64,000 nucleotides of DNA from Octopus sinensis (taxonomy: Eukaryota). Under the pieces are notes generated by a model. It was not told the origin of the DNA, did no database searches, and saw only the letters and a program-made list of their open reading frames with translations. Location of the stretch: positions 82,336,001-82,400,000 of the forward strand of contig NC_043003.1 of assembly GCF_006345805.1 (NCBI RefSeq), given 5' to 3'. Both the position numbers and the translations under genes were made by a program. Below, one piece after another: positions 12,187-25,479 of this stretch; the first letter of the stretch is position 1, and every line of letters starts with the position of its first letter.

Positions 12187-12511
12187 GATACAAGACATGT
12201 CTCGACCCTTTCTGGGTCTCTTCATATACATCAATAAAAAGTCTCACTCGAGATTTCTTGAGTCGGCTTAAGTAACGCTATATGGCCATAAAATTCGAGA
12301 ATGTGTAAAATCAGAGAAAAGCTATTGAAACGCAAAAAATTCAATTATGAACGTGGTAATGTGACGTAATCAGCTTTCGCTGTTATAAGTCTTAAGAGAA
12401 AGAAAAGGAAATTGAACTTGAAAGAAAGATAATACGTAAACGAAAATTCGTTTTGTGTTCGTGCTTAGATGCATGTATACATACAGATATATATCTATAT
12501 ATATATATATC

Positions 12512-12550
<39 letters not shown>

Positions 12551-12825
12551 TACGCATTCACTCACGCTCATCCAAGTATATGGCATATACATACAACTAG
12601 ATACACGCGCATACGCACACGTATAGACGAATATATACTTATGTATGTGTAGGAAGTTGTATATGCAGCTACACACGTGTATATATACATAAATATACGT
12701 ACATAGCATAGATGAAAATGTGCAGAGATTCGTACTTAAACAAGATACACACATCTAGGCAAAGCTTGAAAATACACACACACTTGTTAATACACTCGCA
12801 TATACACATAAGTAAATATATATAC

Positions 12826-12875
<50 letters not shown>

Positions 12876-12879
12876 GTGT

Positions 12880-12930
<51 letters not shown>

Positions 12931-13039
12931 ATATATATATAACGGGAAGCTTTATGAAAATAAACAAAAGACGAAGGCAGGTGGAAAACAAACGAACAAT
13001 TGTATTAGTATGGCGCTCAGGAAATATAAATAAAACAAG

Positions 13040-13077
13040 TCTTTGACGTTTCGAGCCTACGCTCTTCAACAGAAAGA
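13040..13077 (-). ncRNA. Minimal HHR-like motif
   Basis: Minus strand: TCTTT-CTGTTGA-A-GAGC(GTAG)GCTC-GAAAC-GTC-AAAGA. 5-bp stem I; one core substitution (CUGUUGA). Confidence 0.6.
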
Positions 13078-13929
13078 TACACAGAGAGAGAAAAACACAG
13101 AAAGAAGGAGAGAAAAAAAATGCGTGCAGTAGCTAACGAATCAACATGGCGATCTGATTTCGGCCAGAGGTCAAAGATCAAACATGAGACGCGAGAGCGA
13201 AATAAGGGGAGATAATAGGGTTGATAAATGGGTTGAGGGACCAGCTAAAAGTGCGTGGGAGGGGTCTGGATGTGTGTATGTATAGGGTTGGTGTATGTAT
13301 TAGTATGTATAAGGGTGTGTGTGTGTGTGTGTGTGTATGAGTGAGTATTAGTGCGTAAGATTGGTCTGGACGTGCGTATGTATGGGGTTGGTGTATGTAT
13401 TAGTATGTATTAGTATGTATTAGTACGTATTGGTATGTATAGGTGTGTGTGTGTGTGTGAGAAAGAGTATAAGTGCGTATGCGGGGTCTGGACGTGTGTA
13501 TGTATAGGGTTGGTGTAAGTATTAGTATGTACTAGTATGTATTAGTACGTATTAGTATGTATTAGTTGGTGTGTGTATTAGTATGGCACATCATATGTGA
13601 TGTGATGTGTAAAGTCATGTGGTGTAGTGAGGAGAAGAGGGGGACGGGGAGAAGAGGGGTAGGGGGAGAAGAGGGGGGAGAGAAGGGGAGGGAAGAAGAT
13701 GGGGAGGAGAAGGGGGAGAGGAGAGGATGGGGGAGAAGGAAGGGGATGAGGGGAGAGAGAAGGGGAGAGGGAGTGAGGGAGCAGAGGGAAGGGGAAGAGG
13801 GAGGGAGAAAGAGGAAGAAGGGAAGGGAAGTAGGGGTGAAAGGATGAAGGACTGAAGAAGTAGGGGTCGGGGGGAGAAAGGATAGGTGAGGAGGGGGGAT
13901 GGGGGTTAGATGAGGAGGGGGGGGAGTTG

Positions 13930-14572
13930 AGACCAAATGGCGTATAGAGCGAAGAGAGAAGATTAATTCCTGTTCACGGCGCAAACGGGAATCCGGATGG
14001 CCTCTGTGTAAGGACAAACCGAACACAGATAGGTGTTGCAAGGAGTGACCGGTGGAGCGGAAATGGCGTGAGACCGGTGTGTCGTTCGCAAGGTGGATGT
14101 CACGAAGGTGTTCCGCGAACCGGTCAGCCAAGCGGCGTCCCGTTTGTCCGATGTACAAGGAATTGCAGAGAGAGCAAGAGATGCAATAGATAATATTGCT
14201 GGAGGTGCAGGTGAAGGAGTGGATGATGGGATAGGGTCGATGGTGGGTGCTAGTGAGGCGGGTGGTGTTGGAGAGGTAAGGGCAAGTGCGGCAACGTGGG
14301 CGGGAGCAGGGGAACGAGCCGGGTTGGGAGGTAGGGTCAGGGAAGGAGCTATGGACCAAAAGGTCTCGAAGGTTGTGGGCTCGTTTGAAAGAGGGGAGGG
14401 GTCGGTTAGGGAAGAGGTGTGAAGTGGACGGGTCGGACTGGAGATGACGGAAAGCTCGAAGAATGGTGCGTAGGGTCGTGGGGTGGTAAGTGAGGGGAAA
14501 AGGGAGGCGGGAGACTACAGGGCGGGTTCGGGGAGAGAGAGCAGATACACGGTCCACGGACCGTGCTCTGGC

Positions 14573-14575
<3 letters not shown>
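13930..14575 (-). CDS. Open GIY-YIG endonuclease domain of a PLE (no start codon of its own)
   Basis: Within ORF 13562..14677: FPCSRPRCRTCPY, IIYCISCSLCNSLYIGQTGRRLADRFAEH, PVSRHF, RLRREQELIFSLRSI. Flanking parts of the called ORF are microsatellite. Confidence 0.85.
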
Positions 14576-14612
<37 letters not shown>

Positions 14613-15049
14613 AACACACACACACCTGTATATATGCATATACACATATAAACATACGCCTGCATGTACGTATACACATATTGACACAGATATATATATA
14701 CTTACATCTACAAAAACGCATGCGTACAGATGAAAATCTGCACATACAGACATACATACACACACACACACACACATATATATATATCACCACACCACAC
14801 ATCACCATACCATACAACACCACATCACATCACACCGCCACTCACACAGTAGCACTACCAACTTCCCAGCACCCACACCATCATCCACACACCCACATTT
14901 GTGCACACGCACACGTCTAGGTCACCAGTCCTCTTCCACACGCACATACATGCTCTGTTATACATATGCACACGCACCTCCGTTTTGGGATCATCACTAT
15001 TTTATTATCTCCCCTTCTTCCTAGCACTCCTCTGTGACCTCTCTGTCCC

Positions 15050-15232
15050 GCATTCGCTATGATAGATCGCTAGCCACCATACATTCTTTATTTTCTCATC
15101 CTGTTTGTTTCTGTGCTCCTTTCTGTGGAGTAGGATAGGCTCGAAACGTTAAAGACTTTTTCACTTCCCGAGCATTAAACTAATACATCTATTTGTTGTC
15201 AAAACCACCTGCCTTCGTCTTTTTCTTTTTTG

Positions 15233-15240
<8 letters not shown>
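15050..15240 (+). mobile_element. Degenerate PLE pLTR with decayed HHR-like motif (15119-15154)
   Basis: CTTT-CTGTGGA...GCTC-GAAACGTT-AAAG, followed by ACCACCTGCCTTCGTCTTTT shared with the pLTR near 12980. Confidence 0.6.
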
Positions 15241-15272
<32 letters not shown>

Positions 15273-15335
15273 ATATATACATACATATATATATGTGTAT
15301 GTGTGAGCGTGCATATATATACGTGTGTGTGTGAG

Positions 15336-15380
<45 letters not shown>

Positions 15381-15546
15381 GTGTGTATATACATGTATAT
15401 ATATACATACACACACACATACATATATATATACGATTAGATGTTGTGTTAACCTCATGAAGGGATGGTTTCATCCCACAAAATATTGGTTCAATACTTT
15501 GTATTTTGGGGGAATTATGTATTTAGGCATTCATTATACACACAGG

Positions 15547-15578
<32 letters not shown>

Positions 15579-16584
15579 CAGACATGCCCCCCCACACACA
15601 CAGGCATACATACACACGCATGCACATGTGTTGTGTGAAGCCAATGTAATCTACGTGAAAGTGTTCTACTCTTTCTAGTAAAATATTAGTTTGCCTATGT
15701 TTTCCAATAAATTTTGCTGAGTTTCTTTATTTTCCGTTTTTTCTGAATTTTTCAAATTGTAATGGTGATTTATGAACAACCTATATAATCATCACTACTA
15801 GTTATATAATTTAGAGACTAATACATATGAGGTTTCTTAAATTAGATAGTTATAAGCTATACTTAAGAAACAAGATAAGAAAAATTCATAAACCTTAAGT
15901 AATAACGTATAAAACGAAATAATTACAAAGAAATAATTATCGATAGATTAACTTATATAAACCTATATAAATAATTAAATACTAATTTCCGATACTGTCA
16001 AACAAACTTAGAAAATAGTGTTTAACTTCCTTTGGAATATACTAACCAAAATGGACCACAAAATACAAGCGTATTAAGCTTGAATAGAATGTACAGCACC
16101 AAATAAACAGGAAATAATAATAAATACTAAATTAATTTTTATAGATTATATACTAACGTAAAAAGCAAGTAACTCGTTATGGCAAATGCATAAAACAATT
16201 ATATATCTTACTACCGAAGAACAATACACCACATGTTTGACAGCTTTCTTACTCCCCCGACATGGCACCTTAGATCTTCTCCAGAGTGAAAGCCAGGATA
16301 AAAAAGGATGCAACTTGTGTCACGAGAGGAAATTATACGAAAAGCAATGACTTATCTCCATATCATTCCAAAAAGGCTTTACAGAGGTTTTACCAGCAGT
16401 GGCAGAACCGTTAGGGGTGTGTGAATTCCCAAGGAAAGGAAGATTATTTTAAAATGCGATTGAATAAAATTTGTCGCATGCAGAAAATTGTTTTTTTTTA
16501 ATACATTTTGAACGCACCTCGTGTGTGTGTGTGTGGTGTGTGTGTGTGTGTGTGTGTGTGTGAGTGTGTGCGCGTGTGTGTGTG

Positions 16585-16781
16585 TTCTTTTATTCTTTTA
16601 CCTGTTTCAGACTGCAGCCATGCTGGAGCATCAACTTTAGTCGAGCAAATCGACCCCAGTACTTATTCTTTGTAAGCCTAGTGATTATTCTATCGGTCAC
16701 TTATTCCGAACCACAAAGTTACGGGAACATAAACACATAAAATCAGCTGTTAAGCGATGGCGTGGTGATAAACATACACAT

Positions 16782-16835
<54 letters not shown>

Positions 16836-16996
16836 GACAGGCTTCTTTCAGTTTCCGTCTACCAATCTACACACAAGGCATTGGTCGGCCTGAGACTATA
16901 GTAGAAGACACTTGCGCAAGGTGCCACGCAGTGGGACTGAACCCAGAACCATATAGTTTGTAAGCGTGCTACTTACTACACAGCCACATCTGCACC
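16585..16996 (-). mobile_element. tRNA-derived SINE, family A
   Basis: Minus-strand head GGCTGTGTAGTAAGTAGC...GGTTCAGTCCCACTGCG, internal (CA)n; homologous to 33327-33722. Confidence 0.85.
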
Positions 16997-16999
16997 TAT

Positions 17000-17059
<60 letters not shown>

Positions 17060-17066
17060 ATTATAT

Positions 17067-17166
<100 letters not shown>

Positions 17167-17220
17167 TATTGGTGAATTGAAGAATGGAGCTGAACGCAGA
17201 TTGAACAGGAATCGTTTTAT

Positions 17221-17307
17221 TTCATTCTACACGTGTTTCGAAAGGCACAAATTACCAAAATCCGATTGAATAATGGGACCATATTGTGTCTTTCTCTTCA
17301 GGAAGAA
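17221..17307 (-). ncRNA. Type I hammerhead ribozyme motif (antisense arm)
   Basis: Reverse complement of 17479-17565. Confidence 0.75.
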
Positions 17308-17478
17308 AAAAGGAAATCCGTTGGAAAAACAAAAACAGAACAGAGGCGGAGCAAAAAACAAATCGAACTGTGCTCCTAAGAGCCCATGGCGAAACTCCAT
17401 GGGCTCTTAGGAGCACAGTTCGATTTGTTTTTTGCTCCGCCTCTGTTCTGTTTTTGTTTTTCCAACGGATTTCCTTTT

Positions 17479-17565
17479 TTCTTCCTGAAGAGAAAGACAC
17501 AATATGGTCCCATTATTCAATCGGATTTTGGTAATTTGTGCCTTTCGAAACACGTGTAGAATGAA
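17479..17565 (+). ncRNA. Type I hammerhead ribozyme motif with intact core
   Basis: TTCTTC-CTGAAGA-GAAAGACAC(37 nt)GTGCCTTTC-GAAA-C(ACGT)GTA-GAATGAA: G10.1-C11.1 pair, 8/9-bp stem II, palindromic ACACGTGT, GUA triplet. Confidence 0.75.
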
Positions 17566-17774
17566 ATAAAACGATTCCTGTTCAATCTGCGTTCAGCTCC
17601 ATTTCTTCAATTCACCAATAATGTTTTAATTTCAATTATCCGCACCAACGCACGGTTGCAACGCCAGATGGTTGTACCTCCAACCGTGCTGTTTACTGCT
17701 GTGATTTTTGCTACTAAGGTATCGGTTAAACTGTTGATTAATCTACTACAAGATTATTCATCTTTCTATTTCAC

Positions 17775-17814
<40 letters not shown>

Positions 17815-18439
17815 ACAACCGAATATGTACAATCTACTGCAGAATATGCCGTTCAGCTGGAAGAAGATGAAAAAGACGTTAAAAGTATTCGTACGGTGGC
17901 CCTGTTTCTTTCTGTCAGCCAACACAGCTGTGTATTATGCAGTAAAATATGCAAATCTTTGGCCGGCTCAAGAGACACAAGGTCCTAACACTGCATTATC
18001 AATGACTCATTTCAATGATTTTTGTTACAATGGCTTTATACACAGACACACACACACATATATATATATAAGTAGTATTAAATCTGAGTGAGATTTAAAC
18101 AGTAGCACCACGGAATCTTGAAGTATATTTGCCACCTAAATATTGTGGTCCCAGGAGGACAACTGCACCAGCTGGCTAATGACACACTGTCTGTGTCTGA
18201 ACAGTATTTGGGAAGGGAAATCATCTTTCCCATCTCTATCCTAGCGTGCTTAACACACACCGGGATTCATGGGTAGTAACCCGTCATCAGTCTGTGATAA
18301 TCACCAATTAGCGATGAGAACTCATTACTAACGCAAAATACTATTTGCTTTTCCCAGTAACAAACTGTCGCTCACCCCGAAAACTGAGAAATAAGCAATA
18401 TTAAATCTCTTCGCGAGAAGCAAACAGTAGCGGTCCACT

Positions 18440-18544
18440 TTACTTGTGTCAGTCATTTGATTGCGACCATGCTGGAGCACCGCCTTTAGTCGAGCGAATC
18501 GACCCCAGGACTTATTCTTTGTAAGCCTAGTACTTAATGTATCG

Positions 18545-18548
<4 letters not shown>
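18440..18548 (-). mobile_element. SINE family A 3' fragment
   Basis: CATGCTGGAGCACCGCCTTTAGTCGAG...GACCCCAGGACTTATTCTTTGTAAGCCTAGTAC matches 33350-33450. Confidence 0.8.
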
Positions 18549-18633
<85 letters not shown>

Positions 18634-18878
18634 AAATATATTGATATTTAGTCAACTTTGTTATAGATTGTTATATTAAATCTATAGATACTACACGTGT
18701 ATATTTATTATATGGTTAGCTTATTTAAGGTGTTTGTCTATATTTGAACCAATTCTTATTTTGATTACAATTTAATGACTTGTACTAGCTTTGTGTATTT
18801 TATTTAATTTTAAAGTATTTAATAATTTAAGTATTGTTTTTGTTTTCACTTATGTATATTTAGTATTTTCATATATAT

Positions 18879-18932
<54 letters not shown>

Positions 18933-18980
18933 ATTAAATTATATTTATTAATTAATTATTTTATTGTTCTAGTTTATTTT

Positions 18981-19063
18981 TAGCCTGATGAGTGACTATA
19001 TCGAAGTGATTTCTCTACTACTATAATAATTTCTTAAATATAGCCACGAAACACGTGTTGTTA
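18981..19063 (+). ncRNA. Type I hammerhead ribozyme motif, canonical CUGAUGA core
   Basis: TAGC-CTGATGA-GTGACTATAT(36 nt)ATATAGCCAC-GAAA-C(ACGT)GTT-GTTA: 9/10-bp stem II, GUU triplet, 4-bp stem I. Confidence 0.62.
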
Positions 19064-19327
19064 TTCTATAAATTATATACGTTTTTATTATTTTTTTTTT
19101 GCAATTTACTTAATCATTGACATTTTATTGTTATTTTAATTTTAATATTTCTATTATATGTAATTTTCTAGATGGTGTAATTTAACTGTTCATTTTGAAT
19201 TGATAAAAGATGTTTTTTTTCTTCAAATTTTTATATATATTATATTATGTGAAATTTGATTTAGTGTTTCTAAATTGGAATTTTTTTCCTTGTAAGTTTG
19301 GATTTTATTCCCTCAAATTATTATAAT

Positions 19328-19443
<116 letters not shown>

Positions 19444-19450
19444 TATATAT

Positions 19451-19881
19451 TATGTGAAATAGAAAGATGAATAATCTTGTAGTAGATTAATCAAAAGTTT
19501 AACCGATACCTTAGTAGCAAAAATCACAGCAGTAAACAGCACGGTTGGAGGTACACCATATGGTGTTGCAACCGTGCGTTGGTGCGGATAATTGAAATTA
19601 AAACATTATTGGTGAATTGAAGAAATGGAGCTGAACGCAGATTGAACAGAAATCGTTTTATTTCATTCTACACGTGTTTCGAAAGGCACAAATTACCAAA
19701 ATCCGATTGAATAATGGGACCATATTGTGTCTTTCTCTTCAGGAAGAAAATAGGAAATCCGTTGGAAAAACAAAAACAGAACAGAGGCGGAGCAAAAACA
19801 AATCGAACTATGCCCCTAAGAGCCCATGGCGAAAACTTTCTGTTCAATCTGCATTCAGCTCCATTTCTTCAATTCACCAAT

Positions 19882-19889
<8 letters not shown>
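19451..19889 (-). repeat. Inverted copy of 17397-17777 plus a short return arm; third copy of the HHR (19662-19748, minus)
   Basis: TATGTGAAATAGAAAGATG...AAGAGCCCATGG is the reverse complement of 17397-17777. 19841-19889 repeats 17580-17628. Confidence 0.92.
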
Positions 19890-19912
<23 letters not shown>

Positions 19913-20149
19913 CGCGCGTGCACGTTGTAAAATATATGCTGAAACTCCTGAGATGCACTTCTAATAGACTTAGCTATTGAAAGCTACAAATACATTTTAA
20001 GAATCTGCACTTGACTACCATACTCAAGATAAGTGAATATTTCACCTTGGGATTAAGTTGGCAGGCATATAATTTGTAAAATCGTTGACGTGATAGCTTC
20101 ATTATTAGAAGATATGGTTGAAAAACAAATGAAAACCCATCAGTGGGTA

Positions 20150-21104
20150 TGTTATTTCTATCTGCTCAAGAAAATTTTTTTATCAGTGATAAGATATATT
20201 AAGTTCTAGAATAGAACGAGCAATGTCTAACAAGATATCCGGAAAAATTTCAATTACATCTGAAAAAGTCATAATCACAATGTAATCTCTAATCAAAAAA
20301 TATATATGAAATGGACTAGCAGTCATTTTATATCTAGGGAATCTCCACCACTTCTAACAAAAACTTATGTTGCACTAAGTAGCATTAACTTCCCTGTCAA
20401 TGTGTAAATACTAAATTACAAATTAAATATAAAAATGATATTTTAACCCTACTAAAATCATCTCTTTTAATGAAACAAGTATTCCTTCTCATTTCTTTCA
20501 ATCAGTCTTTCTAAACTAGATTTACATATCTCTAGTAGATATATATTAAATCTTCTCCTGAAATTTAGAACTGATATCTGTATTAGAAGTCTGAAATACT
20601 ATAAGTGCTGGACATAATAGTCTCAACATTCTCTAGGATCGGAAAACTGCTTTTATATCCAATTTTATATATGCGAATACTAACCATCTACAGTTAAACT
20701 AACCCTTTTATACAGTGTTAACTATGCTAAATATAGCACTTTAAAGAACCACACGTCAAAATCATTAATCAATAGCCTATATACCGCTTCAGAAACCATC
20801 GACTGTCGTCAAAGGTTTAGCGTACATTATTTTCAGTTGATCAGTACCTTAGAGTTGTTAAACTCTTACTCATTACCTTATCTCTTTATCTTTTTTAAAA
20901 TCTGTGTTGCAGTCAATAAACTGTGGACATGCCAGAGCACTGCCTTGAAGAATTTTAGTCGAGGGAATCGACACCAGTAATCTTTTAAAGCATGGATCTT
21001 TTTATGTCTCTTTTGACCTTAAGCACACCAACACCGATTGTCAAGTGGTGGTAGGAGACAAACACAGGCATAGGCATAGACCCCTTCCACACACATACAT
21101 ACAT

Positions 21105-21143
<39 letters not shown>

Positions 21144-22060
21144 TTTATGTCTGTGTTTGTATCCTACCACTACTTGATAGTTGACAACTGATCTAATGAA
21201 AAATGTGAGCGCTAAACCTTTGACAACTATAGATGCTTTCTGAAGCGATCTATAGGTTGTTGATTAATGATTCCAAGTAGGTGTAGGCCATAATTTTGTA
21301 AAAATAGTTCTATGAGAAACAGAAATATAATCTTTAAGGCAGTCGAGACTTATATGGTATTTATATAATATATTCCTGCACAATGGTTTGATGATTATTT
21401 TCTCCCTTGAGAGAGATTTTATAATGGCTGGTAAAATTGTAACATTTTGACTTGTGTGTAATATATTTAGAATAGCTACAGTGTATACAAGAGTTTGTTT
21501 AAGTGTAGATGGTTAGTTTTCGGATTTATAAAACTGGATAGAAGAGCAGTTTTCCGATCTCAGAGAATGTTAAGACTATTATGTCTAGCACTCATAATAT
21601 TCCAGATTTCTAATACAGCTATTTATTATATATTTTGAGAGAAGATTTGATATAGCTCTTCAACACATAACTAAATCTAGTTTCGAAGGACTAATTAATC
21701 GGATAGAGAAACAGGAAAAGGAATGTTACTTTTTATGTTTCATTAAATGGAAATAAGTCTTTGGGAGTGTTAAAATATTATTTCCATCTTCAATTCATAA
21801 ATTAGTTTTTACGCCCTTGACAGGGAAATTAATGCCATTCAGTGCAATGTGATAGGTTTGTTAGAAGTGGTGGAGATTCCCGCAGATAGAAAATTATTTC
21901 TAGTTCATTTCATATACATTTTTCGATTAGAGATTACATTGAGATTATTACTTTTTCAGACGTAGTTGAAATTATTCCAGAGATCATGTTAGAAAAATTG
22001 CTGCTAATTGCTAAGAACTTAATATCTTATAACTGATAGAAATAGAGATCTGTTCAGTTT
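20150..22060. repeat. Old diverged inverted duplication, arms ~20150-20850 and ~21185-22060
   Basis: For example GGGAATCTCCACCACTTCTAACAAA (20338) vs TTTGTTAGAAGTGGTGGAGATTCCC (21858), and AAAGGTTTAGCG vs CGCTAAACCTTT. Spacer holds a decayed SINE. Confidence 0.8.
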
Positions 22061-23385
22061 GGTTCACAGATATTTTAACTAATCTTTTCACAAAACAGTT
22101 AGAAATTTCGTATACTGGTGTAATTTCTCACGCAGAACACGGTTTACTTTGAACCTTTTGAACAAAATTTTGTATTTTAGAAGTTATTTCGTGTTAAATA
22201 AAGTTCTCGTATTCGGGCAATTTTAACTAATCAACGACATGTATTCATTTAAAGAAAGCTACTGCTGCTTGCGATAGTAATCGAAGTGGAACAACTCCGG
22301 GTCATCTCTATTAAATGTTACCACTCTGTTCTATTTTATTTTTTGGTTACTGCATGTGTTGCATATTGCATGCGGTTTTTAAAATTAATATTTTGGTTCT
22401 CGCGTCGGAGTAACCAGTAGGCACCGAAGAATCAACAAGGAAGAAATATTATTTACATATATTTATTATTTACCCGACATCGGTATTTAAGCCCCAGGGC
22501 CGAATTTGGGGAGACATTTTGGTTCTATCCACAAATAGAGCGCAACGGTGTTTAAAAGACCTATAGAGCTACGGGTCCGCAGCTAGCTTTCTTGTTGTTG
22601 ACGTTTATGTAGTTTCAAAATTCCTTATTTTACAACTATGAGATGTATTGTTATTGTTATGATTTTATCTTATTATAATCAACAACAAACATATTTTGTC
22701 AATATAAAAGTATTTATTAGATTAAAAATAGCATTATCCAAGCATGAAGGTAAAACAAAACAAATATGCTTTTTTTTCTTCCAGGCACCAATATACTGTA
22801 GCCGCAGTCTTTCACGTTGTTCACCAACCGATGTTTACTCTGAAAAAAATCAGTGGAATCAGTCGATCTCCAGACACAAATTATTTTCCTCCTGAAACTT
22901 ATAAAAAGATACACATATTAGGCGCACCTTTCTATATGCTGCAGCTAAATTTTCCAGATGAAAACTACCGACTTATACACCGGAAAATACAGTATCAACT
23001 ACCAATTGCTGGTTGGTAGTTGATTGTGTAGAAGGGCTGTCCACCAGTAGAGAGGAATAGAGTCAAGAATGCAAGGTGCTGACTAGAAAGGAAGAAAGGA
23101 TAGCATACGAAGAGTGGTGACATTGAATAGAGATGACCCGCAAGTTGTACCTCTTCGATTACTATCGCAAACAGCAGTAACTTTCTTCAACTGAATGCAC
23201 GTCATTGATTGGTTAAAATTATCCAAATACGACAAATTTAACACGAAATAACTTCTAAAATACGAAATTTTGTCAAAAGTGTTCAAAGTAAACCGTGTTC
23301 TGTGTGAGAAATTATACCAGTATACAGAGTTTTAAAGTTAAAAAATATAATTGAAAAATCTGTGAGCCAGACTGAACAGATCCAG
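22045..23385. repeat. Second diverged inverted duplication, arms ~22045-22330 and ~23110-23385
   Basis: TATTTTAGAAGTTATTTCGTGTTAAAT vs ATTTAACACGAAATAACTTCTAAAATA; CGGGTCATCTCTATT vs AATAGAGATGACCCG. Confidence 0.8.
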
Positions 23386-23564
23386 ACACAGCATACCCGT
23401 TGAAGGATTTTCATTTGTTTTCAAACTTATCTTCTAATAGCTAAGCCGTCGTGACAATGGTTTTGAAAACTGCATCCCTACCATCTTACTCACGTGGAGC
23501 ATAGTAGTCAAACGGTGTTTCTTACAAAGTATTTGGCGATTTCAGTTAAGTTTATTATATATAC

Positions 23565-23725
23565 GATGGGCTTCTTTCAGTTTTCACCTCCAAATCCACT
23601 TACCAGGCTTTGGTCGACCATAAGCTACAGTAGAAGACACTTACCTAAGATACCGAGCAGTGGTATTCAACCCAGAACTATGTGTTTGGTAACTAAACTG
23701 CCTACCACACAGCCATGCCAGTGCT
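23565..23725 (-). mobile_element. SINE family A head fragment
   Basis: GGGCTTCTTTCAGTTT...GTAGAAGACACTT...ACCACACAGCCA homologous to 33560-33715. Confidence 0.75.
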
Positions 23726-25408
23726 TATTTTATAATAGAATATCTGTATATGAAACCAAATAAAAACCACTTTACATAGCTAAACAACGTAAACACCCTA
23801 CGAAAATATAATTGGAACGCCTCTTCCTATATTCTATTGAACATGTACTTAATGTTGCAAAGATATCTTTGAAAACGAAATAGTTTCGCCGATTAAACTA
23901 TGATCGTTAACACTTATACTGAACGTAAACTAGTATATACTCATACTAAAGGCAAACTAGAACTAAGCAGAAACTCTAATTGATATAATTCTCAAAATTA
24001 TGTCACAGCATCTATAATTAAAATTTTCTTTCAACTATTATTTGAATAATTTTCACCCATCTGACATATTCAGAAGTCTTGTTTTGTCCTAGGCAATAGC
24101 CCGGTCAAAAATTTAGTATAGTGACCTTCATTTAATACTAATTCTCCTTTCTCTTGCAATCTTGCAATTCTGAATGGCAACGAATGAATAGATATTTGGT
24201 GAGGGTTTGATAATAAATTTATCTTCCAATAGTTGCGGATTAAAATCTTCTAGTACAACATTGGAAAATATGCTTTGATAGAATGTCTATTTCTAAAGTT
24301 TACAAGGTTATAGCTCGTTATGTTAACTACGTTCACTAAACGACATTATTAAATATATATTCCGGATTAATTATTCATTTCATAAACAAATGTTTCAGAA
24401 CATGAATTCTGTTGTTCTTCACAAGGAGAATGAAAAAAAGCAACAGAAGATCGTAGAAATGATACGGGTGCCATATTCAGATTTATGCTTGATGCGAATG
24501 TTAAAACCGAAGCTTTTTGAATCGTACATAAATATGCATTTTGTATTGCAGAATAGTCAATGATCCTTGTAGAAATAGCTACTTACTATTATAAAAGGGG
24601 AAGGATATGTTAGACAATATTGTGTATTATACATAAACTCGAGGAGATAATCATATCTGAGACGACATTCATCAAAGCTTTACACGATAAAGTTGTACCT
24701 GAGGATAATCAACATTAAAATTGTGGTTCAAAGTGAGATCATTTAGTTCAGGAGAATAACAAATTAAAGTTTACTCTTGTAATAAATTTATTCGCCGAAT
24801 AATTGACCTATGATGCGAAAGCAGGACTAATTTCGATTTATTCAATGTGTTTGTTTATGTTCAGAAAGTAATATTAAGCGTCACATACATATTCAAGCAT
24901 TTCTGTCGTCACCGTTCTTTTGCTGATGCGATATAAAACGACAACATATATTCTAAAATATTGCAGTTTTCATCAAAGGGGATTTTATAACATCTGTGCT
25001 GCCAATCCGATTATATAGAAAGATTGTTCTCTAACATGTAAACACATATTCTCTAAGAATATGAGGAAATATTTGGATCACGCATCAAGTAAAGCAGCGA
25101 CGTTTTGCTCAACTATTAAATATATTATCAGACCATGCATACTGCACCACAATTACATTATCTTTGAACGATTTCGTAGCAAAGTACACATCGATAAAGG
25201 ATTTTAATTAAAATAGATACATTACAAGGGATGTAATATCGATTTAGATCAATTATATATTAAAACATAAAGTCAAACATTATCTCAAAGCTCATATATA
25301 TATGCATAATACATACACAAATATGTATGTATGTCAGTGTGTGTATATGTATAAATATATATATATATATGTAGATAGGTAGATAGATATAGATAGATAG
25401 ATAGACAC

Positions 25409-25479
<71 letters not shown>

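Larger units (their letters stand above)
12940..14578 (-). mobile_element. 5'-truncated Penelope-like element: GIY-YIG EN, CT/CA-rich 3' region and pLTR with HHR-like motif
   Basis: EN ORF in 13930-14575, HHR-like motif at 13040-13077; terminates in (TA)n near 12940. Confidence 0.88.

Noticed and set aside
12186-12230. Minus-strand ATGAAGA-GACCC(AGAAA)GGGTC-GAGACATGTC
   Set aside because: HHR-like outline, but two core changes and no stem I; at most a dead relic.
13566-14422. Plus-strand Gly/Glu/Arg-rich ORFs
   Set aside because: Antisense readings of the PLE EN and its CT-rich 3' region.
17252-17534. Identical 82-aa ORFs on both strands
   Set aside because: Automatic result of the palindrome; no protein signature.
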